From Gemmatimonadota bacterium (lineage in GTDB: Bacteria > Gemmatimonadota > Gemmatimonadetes > Palauibacterales > Palauibacteraceae), in assembly GCA_046758745.1 (NCBI GenBank), contig JBHIAV010000002.1, positions 32,001-96,000 on the forward strand: a stretch of 64,000 nucleotides of DNA. Direction: 5' to 3'. The position numbers were made by a program, and so were the translations under genes. Numbering within the stretch: the stretch's first letter is position 1; every line of letters starts with the position of its first letter. Below are positions 1 to 9,167 of this stretch, one piece after another. The notes below the pieces were generated by a model. It saw only the letters and a program-made list of their open reading frames with translations. It searched no databases and had not been told where the DNA came from.

Positions 1-649
1 CGCGCTTGATCCGCTCGAGGGCCTCGGGCGTCGGAGAGGAGAAGCGGGGGTCGACGCGGAGGCGGGTCGCGGGGAAGGTACGCGACCTCACATGGATCGT
101 GGTCCGCTGCTCGACGGCGGAGTCCGCCGCCACCCCGATGCGCAGCGACAACTCCACGGGGCCGGAGAGACCGATGGGGATCGGCGCCACCCCGAACCAA
201 CCGCTCCCGAGCCGTGCGAACCGCACCGGCCGCCCGTCGAGGGAGCCCTCCACCGCCTGGGCGACGCGCCTACCGGCGGGCTCGAACAACCACACGCCCA
301 CTGCGGTCCCCTCTGCGGGAGCGGCGGGAGTCCAGCGGATCCCGAACGGCCTGATGGCCGGGAGGGATAGCTCGATGGGGGTAGGGCTGGGGAGAGCGGC
401 CGACGCGACTCGCGCCACGATCGTCGCCCGCTGGCCCTCGCGGGGCTCGGCGTCACGCCGGGCGGAGTCGGAGGTAGCAGCCGGGGGAGCCGTGGGCCGG
501 GCGGCTCCGGCGCCGGGCGGCATCCGCTCCGCGGCGGCGCCAGCGCACCCGGCGAGCGCCACTATGCCCAGCGCGCACCCGGCACGCGCCGCTATGGCCA
601 GCGCGCCCCGCAGGGCCGGGCGGCCCCGGATCGGCATTCGCTCGCTCAT
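1..649 (-). CDS. Lipoprotein, probably the N-terminal part of an M23-family peptidase (runs off the window edge)
   Basis: Not in the ORF track. Manual translation from ATG at 649 gives MSERMPIRGRPALRGALAIAARAGCALGIVALAGC (lipobox), open to the edge and ending ...RTFPATRLRVDPRFSSPTPEALERIKR, which resembles the linker preceding M23 domains. The catalytic domain is outside the window. Confidence 0.55.
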   Translation of the reverse strand, partial: MSERMPIRGRPALRGALAIAARAGCALGIVALAGCAGAAAERMPPGAGAARPTAPPAATSDSARRDAEPREGQRATIVARVASAALPSPTPIELSLPAIRPFGIRWTPAAPAEGTAVGVWLFEPAGRRVAQAVEGSLDGRPVRFARLGSGWFGVAPIPIGLSGPVELSLRIGVAADSAVEQRTTIHVRSRTFPATRLRVDPRFSSPTPEALERIKR

Positions 650-909
650 GACCGGGCAGAGGATGGCCGGTCGGGAGCCGCCGGGCAACGCAGCGGCCTC
701 GCACCGCGAGTGATGGCAGGCCGTGCGCGCTCGCCCGCCGGCAGCTGCCTCCATCCCGCTCCCGAGCGCGAGCTTCCAGCGGGCGGTGTCGCTTCCCGAG
801 CGTCGGCATCGGCATTGGCCGGCGCGGCTGCCGCCCCCGTAACATGGAGGGGGGCGTCAACTGCCTCTCATCGGCCGTGGAGTGCCCGCAGAGGATCCGG
901 AGAGAAGCG

Positions 910-1557
910 ATGAGCGGACGAAGCACGGAGGGAGACGGCCCGAGAGCGGGGATCGAGCCCGGGAGGGGCGAGCGCTTCGCGGACCTCCTCCGAATGGCTC
1001 TCGGGGTGACCTTCGTCATCGGCGGCGCCAAGCTCGCGTTTGCGGCAGACCCTCGGGCGCTGGCGGCGGCGTACACCGACCCTGTGTCCGGCTGGATCGC
1101 CCCCCTTTTCGTCGATAGGATCACCGCCGATCTCGGTCTCTCCGTCCCGGGGTTCCTGCGCGCGCAGGGATTCGTGGAGATCGGTCTCGGGGCGGTTCTC
1201 ATCGGCGGCATCTTCACCCGGATCGCAGCGGTCCTGGCCGGTGTGCTCTTCTGGTCCTTTGCCGTTGCTAACCCGGCGACCGGGGAGATACGACTCAGCC
1301 GGGACATTGCCCTCATGGGGAGGCGGGCGGACGGCGAACGATTTGGTTGCCCGCCCTGCAACCCCCCGGTAGCTTTGATTCGCTCAGCCCGACCGGGCCG
1401 AGATCCCGCTGGACTGCGAACAATCTCGAACCACGGTCAGCCCACATGCACGTTTTCGCGAAATGCGAGAACTTCAGCACCGCCGAGGATCTGCGGCAGC
1501 GGGGGCTCTACCCCTACTTCCAACCGATCGAGGAGTCGTGTGATACGGAGGTGGTGA
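910..1557 (+). pseudogene. DoxX-family membrane protein, apparently 3'-truncated
   Basis: DoxX-like helices (LLRMALGVTFVIGG, EIGLGAVLIGGIFTRIAA, RDIALMG). After about 1320 the frame loses hydrophobic character and runs through the spt promoter into spt. Confidence 0.5.
1347..1375 (+). promoter_or_regulatory. Putative sigma70 promoter of the spt operon
   Basis: TTGCCC (1347-1352), 17-nt spacer, TAGCTT (1370-1375), about 70 nt upstream of the ATG at 1446. Confidence 0.45.
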
Positions 1558-2627
1558 TCGGCGGGGAGAAGAAGATCATGGTCGGCTCCAATAACTACAT
1601 GGGGCTGACCCACGATCCCCGCATCATTGAGGCCGCGAAAAAAGCGCTCGAGCGATATGGCAGCGGGAACACCGGGAGTCGCTTCCTGAACGGGAACCTG
1701 GACCTGCACGACAGACTCGAGGAGGAGCTGGCCGACTTCATCGGCAAGGATGCGGCCCTCGTGTTCAGCACGGGATATCAGACCAACCTCGGAGCCCTCG
1801 GAGCGCTGATCGGTCGGAACGACACCGTCTACCTGGACAAGCTGGATCACGCCTGCATTCAGGACGGCGCCCGCCTCGGCTTCGGCGAGGTACAGCGGTT
1901 CAAGCACGCCGATCACCGGATCCTGGATCGGATGCTCTCCTCCGCGAAGCCCTACCGAGGAAAGCTGATCGTGGTAGACGGCGTGTACAGTATGGAGGGA
2001 GACATCGCCGATCTCCCCACCCTAGTGGAGCTGAGAGAGAAGTACGATGCGGGCCTGATGGTGGACGACGCCCACTCGCTCGGGGTGCTGGGACCGAGCG
2101 GCGCCGGGACCGCCGAACACTTCGGCCTCACCGATCAGGTAGACATCGTCACGGGCACGTTCAGCAAGTCTCTCGCCTCCATCGGCGGGTTCGTCGCCGC
2201 TTCCAGGGAGATCATCGACTACCTCCGGAACAACTCCCGGGCGCTCATCTTCAGCGCCAGCATGCCTCCATCCGCGGTTGCGACCGTGCGCACCGCCCTT
2301 CGGGTCATTCGAGAGGAACCGGAGCGGCGAGATCGTCTGTGGAGTAACGCACGCAAGATGATGGAGGGGTTCCGCTCCATCGGCTTCGACATCGGCCCCA
2401 CCGAGACGCCCATCGTCCCGATCCTCATCGGTCCGATGGAGAAGACCTTCCGTATCTGGAGGGAGCTGTTCGACGCGGGCGTCTTCACGAACCCGGTCGT
2501 TCCACCGGCCGTCCCCGAGGGCAGCTGCCGCCTGCGAACGAGCTACATGGCCACGCACACGGACGAGCAGCTCGAGTACGTCCTCGAGTGCGTAGAGCGG
2601 ATCGGGAAGAGACACCAGGTCGTGTGA
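1446..2627 (+). CDS. spt: Serine palmitoyltransferase-like alpha-oxoamine synthase (PLP-dependent)
   Basis: GLYPYF, SNNYMGL, GSRFLNG, DHACI, DGVYSMEGD, DDAH and GTFSKS motifs. Context (GNAT, SDR, PAP2) favours Spt over BioF/Kbl. Confidence 0.75.
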   Translation: MHVFAKCENFSTAEDLRQRGLYPYFQPIEESCDTEVVIGGEKKIMVGSNNYMGLTHDPRIIEAAKKALERYGSGNTGSRFLNGNLDLHDRLEEELADFIGKDAALVFSTGYQTNLGALGALIGRNDTVYLDKLDHACIQDGARLGFGEVQRFKHADHRILDRMLSSAKPYRGKLIVVDGVYSMEGDIADLPTLVELREKYDAGLMVDDAHSLGVLGPSGAGTAEHFGLTDQVDIVTGTFSKSLASIGGFVAASREIIDYLRNNSRALIFSASMPPSAVATVRTALRVIREEPERRDRLWSNARKMMEGFRSIGFDIGPTETPIVPILIGPMEKTFRIWRELFDAGVFTNPVVPPAVPEGSCRLRTSYMATHTDEQLEYVLECVERIGKRHQVV

Positions 2628-3769
2628 CCGCTCACCGGAACGATATCCGGGTCGTTCCCGTCAGGAGCCGGACGGAACGCCGCGCTTTCCTCCGCCTCCC
2701 GTACCGCATCTATCGCCGCGACAGGAACTGGGTCGCGCCTCTCCTGCACGACATGCGCGTGATGCTGGATCCGGAGCGTCATCCCTTCCATCGGCACTCC
2801 GAGGTGCAGCCGTTCCTGGCGGTCGAGGGCGGCCGCCCGGTAGGGCGGATCTCGGCCATCCACAACCGCCGCCACGTCGAGTTCCACAGGGAGCCGGTCG
2901 GATTCTACGGCTTCTTCGAGTGCGTGGACGACCAGGCAGTGGCGGACGCGCTGTTCGATGCGGCGGGGGCGTGGCTGGGGGAGCGGGGGCTGGAGACGAT
3001 GCGGGGACCGACGAGCTTTTCCACGAACGAGCAAGCCGGCCTGCTCATCGAGGGGTTCGATCGACCGCCGGTCATCATGATGCCGTACAATCCGCCCTAT
3101 TACCCGGTCCTTACCGAGGGGGCCGGGTTCGGGACGGCGAAGACGCTGGTGGCGTACGTGCACGCCGACCAGCGACCTCCGGAGCGCCTGCTGCGCGCGG
3201 AGAAGAGGCTCGGCAGACGCTACGGCGTACGGCTGCGGGGCCTGCGGATGGACCGGTTCGAGGAGGAGCTCGACCACATCCGTCGCATCTACAACGCCGC
3301 ATGGGAGAAGAACTGGGGCTTCGTGCCGATGACCGACGCCGAGATCGCGTTCATGGCCAAGGAGCTGAAGCCCCTCGTGAAGAAGGACCCCGATCTGGTC
3401 ATGATGGCCGAGAATGTGGCGGGCGAGCCGATCGGGTTCGCCCTCTGTCTGCGGGACTACAACGTGGCGCTCGCGCCGGCGCGCGGGAAGCTGTTCCCAT
3501 TCGGGGTCTTCAAGATCCTGTGGAAGGTGGCCCGGGCGAAGCGGATCCACGGGGCGCGAGTCCTCACCCTCGGCCTCCTTCCCGAATACCGCGGGCGGGG
3601 GATCGACTCCCTCCTCTACCTTCGCATCTTCCGCAAGGGGACAGCGGCCGGAATCACCGAGGCGGAGTTCTCCTGGGTGCTGGAGGACAACGAGCCGATG
3701 CGCCGGCCGCTCGAGCGCATCGGAGCCAGGGTGTATAAGCGGTACCGGGTGTACGACCGGGCGCTGTGA
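2624..3769 (+). CDS. GNAT-fold N-acyltransferase, bacterial ceramide synthase (bCerS)-like
   Basis: GRISAI, GFYGFFEC, GLLIEGF..PP.IMMPYNPPYY, AWEKNWGFVP, EFSWVLEDN motifs. GTG start overlaps the spt stop (GTGA). Confidence 0.7.
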   Translation: MTAHRNDIRVVPVRSRTERRAFLRLPYRIYRRDRNWVAPLLHDMRVMLDPERHPFHRHSEVQPFLAVEGGRPVGRISAIHNRRHVEFHREPVGFYGFFECVDDQAVADALFDAAGAWLGERGLETMRGPTSFSTNEQAGLLIEGFDRPPVIMMPYNPPYYPVLTEGAGFGTAKTLVAYVHADQRPPERLLRAEKRLGRRYGVRLRGLRMDRFEEELDHIRRIYNAAWEKNWGFVPMTDAEIAFMAKELKPLVKKDPDLVMMAENVAGEPIGFALCLRDYNVALAPARGKLFPFGVFKILWKVARAKRIHGARVLTLGLLPEYRGRGIDSLLYLRIFRKGTAAGITEAEFSWVLEDNEPMRRPLERIGARVYKRYRVYDRAL

Positions 3770-3905
3770 GCGTCGCTCCGAGGCGCCCCGCCGCCGGTGG
3801 CGTGGTCACCGCCCCCCGGGCGGCGCGCCGTCCCCCGCCGTTGGTGCGCGATCCGGCCGGCATCCGGCCCCACCACCCGCCGGATCTCGCCTGCGGATCA
3901 AGGGA

Positions 3906-5018
3906 ATGAGCGAGCGCACCGTCCTCGTCACCGGGGCCACCGGCTTCGTGGGGAGCCACATCGCGGGGGCCCTCGAAGAGGCCGGGTGGAGGGTTCGCTG
4001 TGCCGTCCGGGCCACGAGCGACCGCGTTTGGCTGGCGGGGCTACGGGCCGAGCGCGTCACGGTCGATGTTGCGGCCGAGGAGGGCCTGGCGGAGGCCGTG
4101 CGCGGTGCCTCTGCGGTCGTCCACTCGGCCGGGCTCACGCGAGCGGTCGACGAGCGGGAGTACTTTCGGGTGAACGCCGAGGGTACCGGGGCGCTGGCGA
4201 GGGCCGCGGCCCGGGCGGGAGTGCGGCGTTTCGTGCTGATCAGCAGCCTGGCGGCACGCGGGCCGGACCTTGAGACGGGGCCGGCCGGGTCGGGCGGCCC
4301 CGGCGGCGAGATCGGGAGCGAGGCCGTGGCGATGGCATGCGAGGAGGAGGGGGCAGGTGAGGTGGCGGAGGGGGAGGCGGCCCCGGAGGAAGGGGCGAAC
4401 GAGCGGGTTGCGGAGGACCACCCGGTGAGCGAGTACGGCCGGAGCAAGCGAGAGGGCGAGGAGCTTGTGCGCGCGGTGGTCCGCGAGAGCGGGGGCGAGA
4501 TGCAAGCCGTGGTTCTCCGTCCCGGAGGCGTGTATGGGCCGCGCGACCGGGCCCTCCTCCCCCTCTTTCGGATGGCGGTTCGGGGCCGAGTGGTGGTTCC
4601 GCGAGCCGAGGGCGCCCTACAGCCGGTGTACGTGACCGACGTCGCGCGGGCGGCCCTCCTGGCGGCGGCGGGGCAGGGTGAGTTCGGCCCGTACGCCATC
4701 GCCGAACGCGCCAGGTACGACTGGCCGGACGTGGCGGCCGGTCTGGAGCGGGCGCTCGGCCGAGCCGTGCGCCTGCTACGCCTGCCTGCGTGGGCGTTCG
4801 AGCTGGCCGGCCTCGCGGCTGAGGGGGTGGCGCGGGCGGCCCGCCGTCCGCCGGCATTCGATCGCCGTCGGGCGGCGGATGTGGCACGCTTTCGCTGGAC
4901 GTGCGACCCGACGGAGAGCGAGGCCGCGCTCGGCTGGCGCGCCGAGGTGGGGCTCGGTGAAGGCCTGGCCCGCACGGCGGCGTGGTATCGGGAGGCGGGT
5001 TGGCTGCGGTACAGGTGA
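3906..5018 (+). CDS. NAD-dependent epimerase/SDR, ceramide reductase (CerR)-like
   Basis: VLVTGATGFVG Rossmann motif, SSLAA, catalytic YGRSK, LRPGGVYGPRD; operon context. Confidence 0.7.
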   Translation: MSERTVLVTGATGFVGSHIAGALEEAGWRVRCAVRATSDRVWLAGLRAERVTVDVAAEEGLAEAVRGASAVVHSAGLTRAVDEREYFRVNAEGTGALARAAARAGVRRFVLISSLAARGPDLETGPAGSGGPGGEIGSEAVAMACEEEGAGEVAEGEAAPEEGANERVAEDHPVSEYGRSKREGEELVRAVVRESGGEMQAVVLRPGGVYGPRDRALLPLFRMAVRGRVVVPRAEGALQPVYVTDVARAALLAAAGQGEFGPYAIAERARYDWPDVAAGLERALGRAVRLLRLPAWAFELAGLAAEGVARAARRPPAFDRRRAADVARFRWTCDPTESEAALGWRAEVGLGEGLARTAAWYREAGWLRYR

Positions 5019-5040
5019 GCCGGGCCCCCGAGGCCCGGCC

Positions 5041-6168
5041 ATGAGCGGCCCGGCGATCGGCGACGAGGGGATGGACGACGAGGCCGACACGGGCCGTCCC
5101 GTAGTCGGCGCCGCGGGGTATGCGATCCGCCGGGAAGCCGCGTCGCCGATTGCCATCGACTATCTGGCGATGGCCTACCTGGTGGTCACGGGCGGGCTGG
5201 CGGTGCTGAGCGGGACCGCGGTCGGCCTCCGGCTCGCCCTCGCCCACCTGGTGGCCGTCGGGCTTGTGCTTGCGCTCGCACACCGCCCGGTCCCGACCCG
5301 GCGTCTGCCGGCGTTCTTCCGCGTCGCCTATCCGCTCGCGGCCATGCCCCTCCTCTATCTGGAGCTGGCCACCCTCAACCAGCTCCAATTCCTGGGCTAC
5401 TTCGACCCCGTCGTTCAGGGGTGGGAGGCGGCGCTCTTCGGCTCCCAGCTCAGCGTCGATGCGAGCCGGTGGATACCCTCGTTGTGGGTCTCCGAGCTGA
5501 TGCATATGGGCTATTTCTCTTACTACTTCATCGTGCCGGGCGCGGCGATCGCCGTCTTCATGGGCCGCGAGGTGGCGGGCCTGGAGCGGCTCGCCTTCAC
5601 CGTATCGCTGGCCTTCTTGGTCTGCTACACCTGCTTCGCCGTCTTCCCCGTGGCCGGGCCGCGCTACGAGTTTCCCCCGATCGACGGGCCGCAGGTGAAC
5701 GGCGTCTTCTTCGCCCTGGTGCACCGCATCCTGGAAGGAGGGTCGTCCAAGGGAACCGCCTTCCCGAGCTCCCACGTGGCCGCGGCCGTCGCGGCGTGGT
5801 TGGCTACGCGGCAGGAGAGCCCACTCGCCTTCCGCATCGTGGCGCCGTTCGCGGCGACCCTGCTGCTGGGCACGGTGTACGGGAGATTCCACTACGGAGT
5901 CGACGCGGCGGCGGGGCTTCTCGTGGCATGGTGCTGTCACCGGGCGGCGCCCTGGCTGATCGGCCGGTTGGGCGCGGCGGGCGCCCCGCGAGATGGGCGC
6001 ACGGGCCGGGAGACCGAGGGGCTTGGCGGAGCGAGCCTCGTGACGGCCGATGCGAGCCCCGCGGCGGCCGATGCGAGCCCTGCGGCGGCCGATGCGAGCC
6101 CCGCGGCGGCCGATGCGAGCCCCGCGGCGCGCGCGAATCCCGAGGACGCACCGGGCAACCCCGCGTGA
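5041..6168 (+). CDS. PAP2-superfamily membrane enzyme (Aur1/IPC-synthase-like)
   Basis: Multiple TM helices; FPVAGPRY, AFPSSHVA and YGRFHYGVD catalytic motifs. Confidence 0.75.
   Translation: MSGPAIGDEGMDDEADTGRPVVGAAGYAIRREAASPIAIDYLAMAYLVVTGGLAVLSGTAVGLRLALAHLVAVGLVLALAHRPVPTRRLPAFFRVAYPLAAMPLLYLELATLNQLQFLGYFDPVVQGWEAALFGSQLSVDASRWIPSLWVSELMHMGYFSYYFIVPGAAIAVFMGREVAGLERLAFTVSLAFLVCYTCFAVFPVAGPRYEFPPIDGPQVNGVFFALVHRILEGGSSKGTAFPSSHVAAAVAAWLATRQESPLAFRIVAPFAATLLLGTVYGRFHYGVDAAAGLLVAWCCHRAAPWLIGRLGAAGAPRDGRTGRETEGLGGASLVTADASPAAADASPAAADASPAAADASPAARANPEDAPGNPA
6046..6129 (+). repeat. Coding tandem repeat, 4 x 21 bp (ADASPAA)
   Basis: GCCGATGCGAGCCCYGCGGCG repeated four times in the C-terminal tail of the PAP2 gene. 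Confidence 0.95.
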
Positions 6169-6206
6169 CTCTCAGGGGTCCAAGTCGGTGTGAGGAGAGG
6201 CGTGAC

Positions 6207-6758
6207 GTGACCGAGGCCCTGCTCGTGGAGCGGGCGCGGGCCGGAGACCGGACGGCCATGAGCGCGCTGTACGAGGCGCATGGGCGGCGGGTCTTCACCG
6301 TAGTCCGCCGGCTGGTGGGGGACGACTACCTGGCGGAGGACGTGTCGCAGGATGCCTGGATTCGCGCATTCGAAAAGCTGCACCTGTTCCGCGGCGAGGC
6401 CGCGTTCGGAACCTGGCTCCACCGGCTGGCGGTGAACACGGCGCTGAACCGGCTGCGCCGCCACGGCCGCCGGGCGGACGTGGAAGCCTCGGCCGAGGTG
6501 CACGCCGGGGAGCGGGCCAGCCTCGACGACACGGTGCTGAACCAGCGCGTGCTGGCGCAGGCCCTCGATCGTCTACCGGATGGCTACCGCCAGGTACTCG
6601 TGCTTCACGATGTGGAAGGGCTCAAGCACGAGGAGATCGCGGAGAGTCTCGGCGTGTCGATCGGGACGTCGAAGTCGCAGCTGCACAAGGCGCGGGCGCG
6701 GATGAGGGAGATGCTCGCACCGAACTATGAGCGAACCGAAGTTGGCAACGATGTCTGA
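6207..6758 (+). CDS. ECF RNA polymerase sigma factor
   Basis: AEDVSQDAWIRAF, F.GEAAFGTWLHRLAVN (region 2); LHDVEGLKHEEIAESLGVSIGTSKSQLHKAR (region 4). SD GAGGAG before GTG. Confidence 0.93.
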   Translation: MTEALLVERARAGDRTAMSALYEAHGRRVFTVVRRLVGDDYLAEDVSQDAWIRAFEKLHLFRGEAAFGTWLHRLAVNTALNRLRRHGRRADVEASAEVHAGERASLDDTVLNQRVLAQALDRLPDGYRQVLVLHDVEGLKHEEIAESLGVSIGTSKSQLHKARARMREMLAPNYERTEVGNDV

Positions 6759-7500
6759 ACACCTAACGCTGGAACAGATCTCGGCCCTGCTGGACGAGCC
6801 GGATGCGGGCGCGAGGCGGCTGTCGCACCTGGAGGGGTGCGATGCCTGCCGCCGCGAGTACGAGCAGATGAGCCGTATGCGGATGGCGATCTCGGCGTTC
6901 GGAGAGCTGGAGCCACCCGCCGGACAGTGGGAGCGGATCCTCGAGCGGCTGCCGGTGCCGGCCGAGGGAGAAGCGGATGGAGAACGGGTGTCCGAGATCC
7001 CGGCCCGGCCGGACATTCAGCCGTGGTGGCAGCGGGCGCGGTGGCCGCTGCAGGCTGCGGCGATCCTGGTCCTGTTGGCAGGAGGGCTCGTCGTCGTTCT
7101 GAGGATGGGTGTGGCTCCCGGAACCGAGGAAGGAGATCTCTCGCGGATCGCCGAGACGGCCCCCGTGGGCCGCCCGGTCGCCGAGACGGGCGAGCCGCTC
7201 GCGGAGAGAGGGCCGGCCTTCCTCGGAGACCCCGAGGCTGCGTATCTCCAGACCGTGGCGGATCTGGCGGAGCTGCGCTCGCCGGAGCCCGGCGGCAGGG
7301 ACATTCGGCGGGATCCGGAGGCCGCGGCGGAGCAGCTGGCGCGGCTGGACGCAGTGCGGGATGCTCTGCGCGATGCCCTACAGAGGTCGCCGGCCGATCC
7401 CGTGCTCAACAACCTCCTTTTCGAGGTGATGGACGAGCGGGACGTGCTGGCGCGGCAGCTGGTCGAGACGCTCCGTCTCACCGACCTCGAGTATCGTTGA
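6751..7500 (+). CDS. Zinc-binding (HxxxCxxC) transmembrane anti-sigma factor
   Basis: HLEGCDAC motif, one TM helix, overlaps the sigma factor stop. Confidence 0.8.
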   Translation: MSEHLTLEQISALLDEPDAGARRLSHLEGCDACRREYEQMSRMRMAISAFGELEPPAGQWERILERLPVPAEGEADGERVSEIPARPDIQPWWQRARWPLQAAAILVLLAGGLVVVLRMGVAPGTEEGDLSRIAETAPVGRPVAETGEPLAERGPAFLGDPEAAYLQTVADLAELRSPEPGGRDIRRDPEAAAEQLARLDAVRDALRDALQRSPADPVLNNLLFEVMDERDVLARQLVETLRLTDLEYR

Positions 7501-7501
7501 C

Positions 7502-8920
7502 GTGAAAGTGACGCGGAGGTTCGGCAGAGGGACGGCGGCCATGCGACGGGCGGGCCGCGGACTCGCGGCCGGAGCTGCGTGCCTGGCACTGGTCACGCCG
7601 TCGAGCGAGACTGCAGGCGCGCAGGAGGCGGTGCCCCCCGTTCCCTTCGCCACCTGGCAGACCGAGCGGCCCGTGCTCGGCGTCTACCTCTCCGAGCGCT
7701 GCGAGTCGCCCCGACCCCGCTCGCGGCCGTGCTCGCGTCCCCCCCTCATCACAGCCGTCGAGGCCGGCGGACCGGCGGACCGTGCCGGCGTGCACCCGGG
7801 CGACACCCTCATCGCGGTCGACGGGAAGGGCCTCACCACCGAGGCGGGGCGGCGCGCGCTGGCCTCCCTCGAAGCGGGGCACGGCGTCCGCCTGACGCTT
7901 GGCCGCGTCGAAGGCGGGCCTCGATCGCTGGTCGTCATCCCGGAGGTATTGAAGACTCGAAGGGCGACGAAGCGGCTGCGGGCCCTCGCGGTGGGCCCGG
8001 GTGCGCTGGACGTCCAGCTGGTGGAGGTCCCGAGGTTCAGCTACCGCTTCCCGGGTGGCGATTCGCTCCGTGTCGTGCTCGACTCGCTTACGACGGTCGC
8101 CGGCGAGGGTGCGTTCGTGTGGGGCGGTGGGGCGGTGGTCTACTACGTGAGTGGCGATGGCGAAGGAGCCGGCGTCCGGATCGAGGAGTGGACTCCCGAG
8201 CGGGTTCGAGTCTTCGTGAAAGGCCGGGCGGAGGAGGAGGCCGCGGCCGAGGCCAGGCGGCACGCAGGGCGGCAGGGCGGCGAGGAAGGGGGCGCGCGGA
8301 CCGCTGCAGGAGGTGCGGGTGCTCGGACCGAGTTCGGTCCACTCGGCGCTTACGTGTGGGATAACCCCGACCTAGCCAGACGGCTCGAGCTGATACGGGA
8401 CTCGGTGAGCCGGGCGGTCCGGGTTCATCTCGATTCGCTACACCGCATCATGGCGGCGAGGGGCGGTCAGTTCCGCATCAGGCTGGACTCGGTTCACGCC
8501 TACTACCTGAAGGCGCTCCGGGAGGGGACCCGTGGGGCGGTCGTGGCGTCCCAGCGCGACCCGAATGCCCGAGCTCGGCTCGGCCCGACGCGGCGCATCC
8601 CTCCGGCGGAGTTCGAAGCGCTCTTCACCATGAAAGCCCGCGCCGCGGGCGCCGAGTTCACGCCCCTCACGCCAGGTTTGGCGGAGAACTTCGAGGGAGC
8701 GAGGAAGGGGCTCCTCGTCCTTCGGGTGCTCCCTGGGACCCCGGCCGCCCGGCTGGGACTGCGAGACGGCGACGTGGTCGTGGAGGCCGGCGGCGTCCAG
8801 TGCTCGAGCGTATCGGTCCTGCGGGAGGTTCTCTCCCGCGAACTCATGCGCCAGCGGGGCGTAGAGGTGAAATGGATCCGCAAAGGCCGCCCCATGTCAG
8901 GGAGAGTAAGCGGCTCGTAA
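7502..8920 (+). CDS. Secreted protein with two PDZ domains
   Basis: Signal peptide; VEAGGPADRAGVHPGDTLIAVDG and VLPGTPAARLGLRDGDVVVEAGG PDZ signatures. Confidence 0.8.
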   Translation: MKVTRRFGRGTAAMRRAGRGLAAGAACLALVTPSSETAGAQEAVPPVPFATWQTERPVLGVYLSERCESPRPRSRPCSRPPLITAVEAGGPADRAGVHPGDTLIAVDGKGLTTEAGRRALASLEAGHGVRLTLGRVEGGPRSLVVIPEVLKTRRATKRLRALAVGPGALDVQLVEVPRFSYRFPGGDSLRVVLDSLTTVAGEGAFVWGGGAVVYYVSGDGEGAGVRIEEWTPERVRVFVKGRAEEEAAAEARRHAGRQGGEEGGARTAAGGAGARTEFGPLGAYVWDNPDLARRLELIRDSVSRAVRVHLDSLHRIMAARGGQFRIRLDSVHAYYLKALREGTRGAVVASQRDPNARARLGPTRRIPPAEFEALFTMKARAAGAEFTPLTPGLAENFEGARKGLLVLRVLPGTPAARLGLRDGDVVVEAGGVQCSSVSVLREVLSRELMRQRGVEVKWIRKGRPMSGRVSGS

Positions 8921-9167
8921 CGGACAGCGGCTCCTGACCGACGCGAAGGGTCGCGGGACGGTGGGATGACCGCCGCGATAGGAGAGCTTCAGGTCCGGGC
9001 TTTGGCGGGGGGCACGACGCGGACTCGGCCCCTGCATCGCGCCGGCCGAAGCTCGGCCCATGCCACGGCGCCGAGCGCGGCCCGTGCCGCTCACGCGCCT
9101 GGGACCGCTCGGGAGCGCTCTCTCCCCGCGCTTGTGGCGCCCCGTCGCAGCCTCGCAGATTCACGGC

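Noticed and set aside
1446-2627. bioF or kbl
   Set aside because: No biotin genes or tdh nearby. The GNAT, SDR and PAP2 context fits sphingolipid synthesis better, although a phylogeny is needed.
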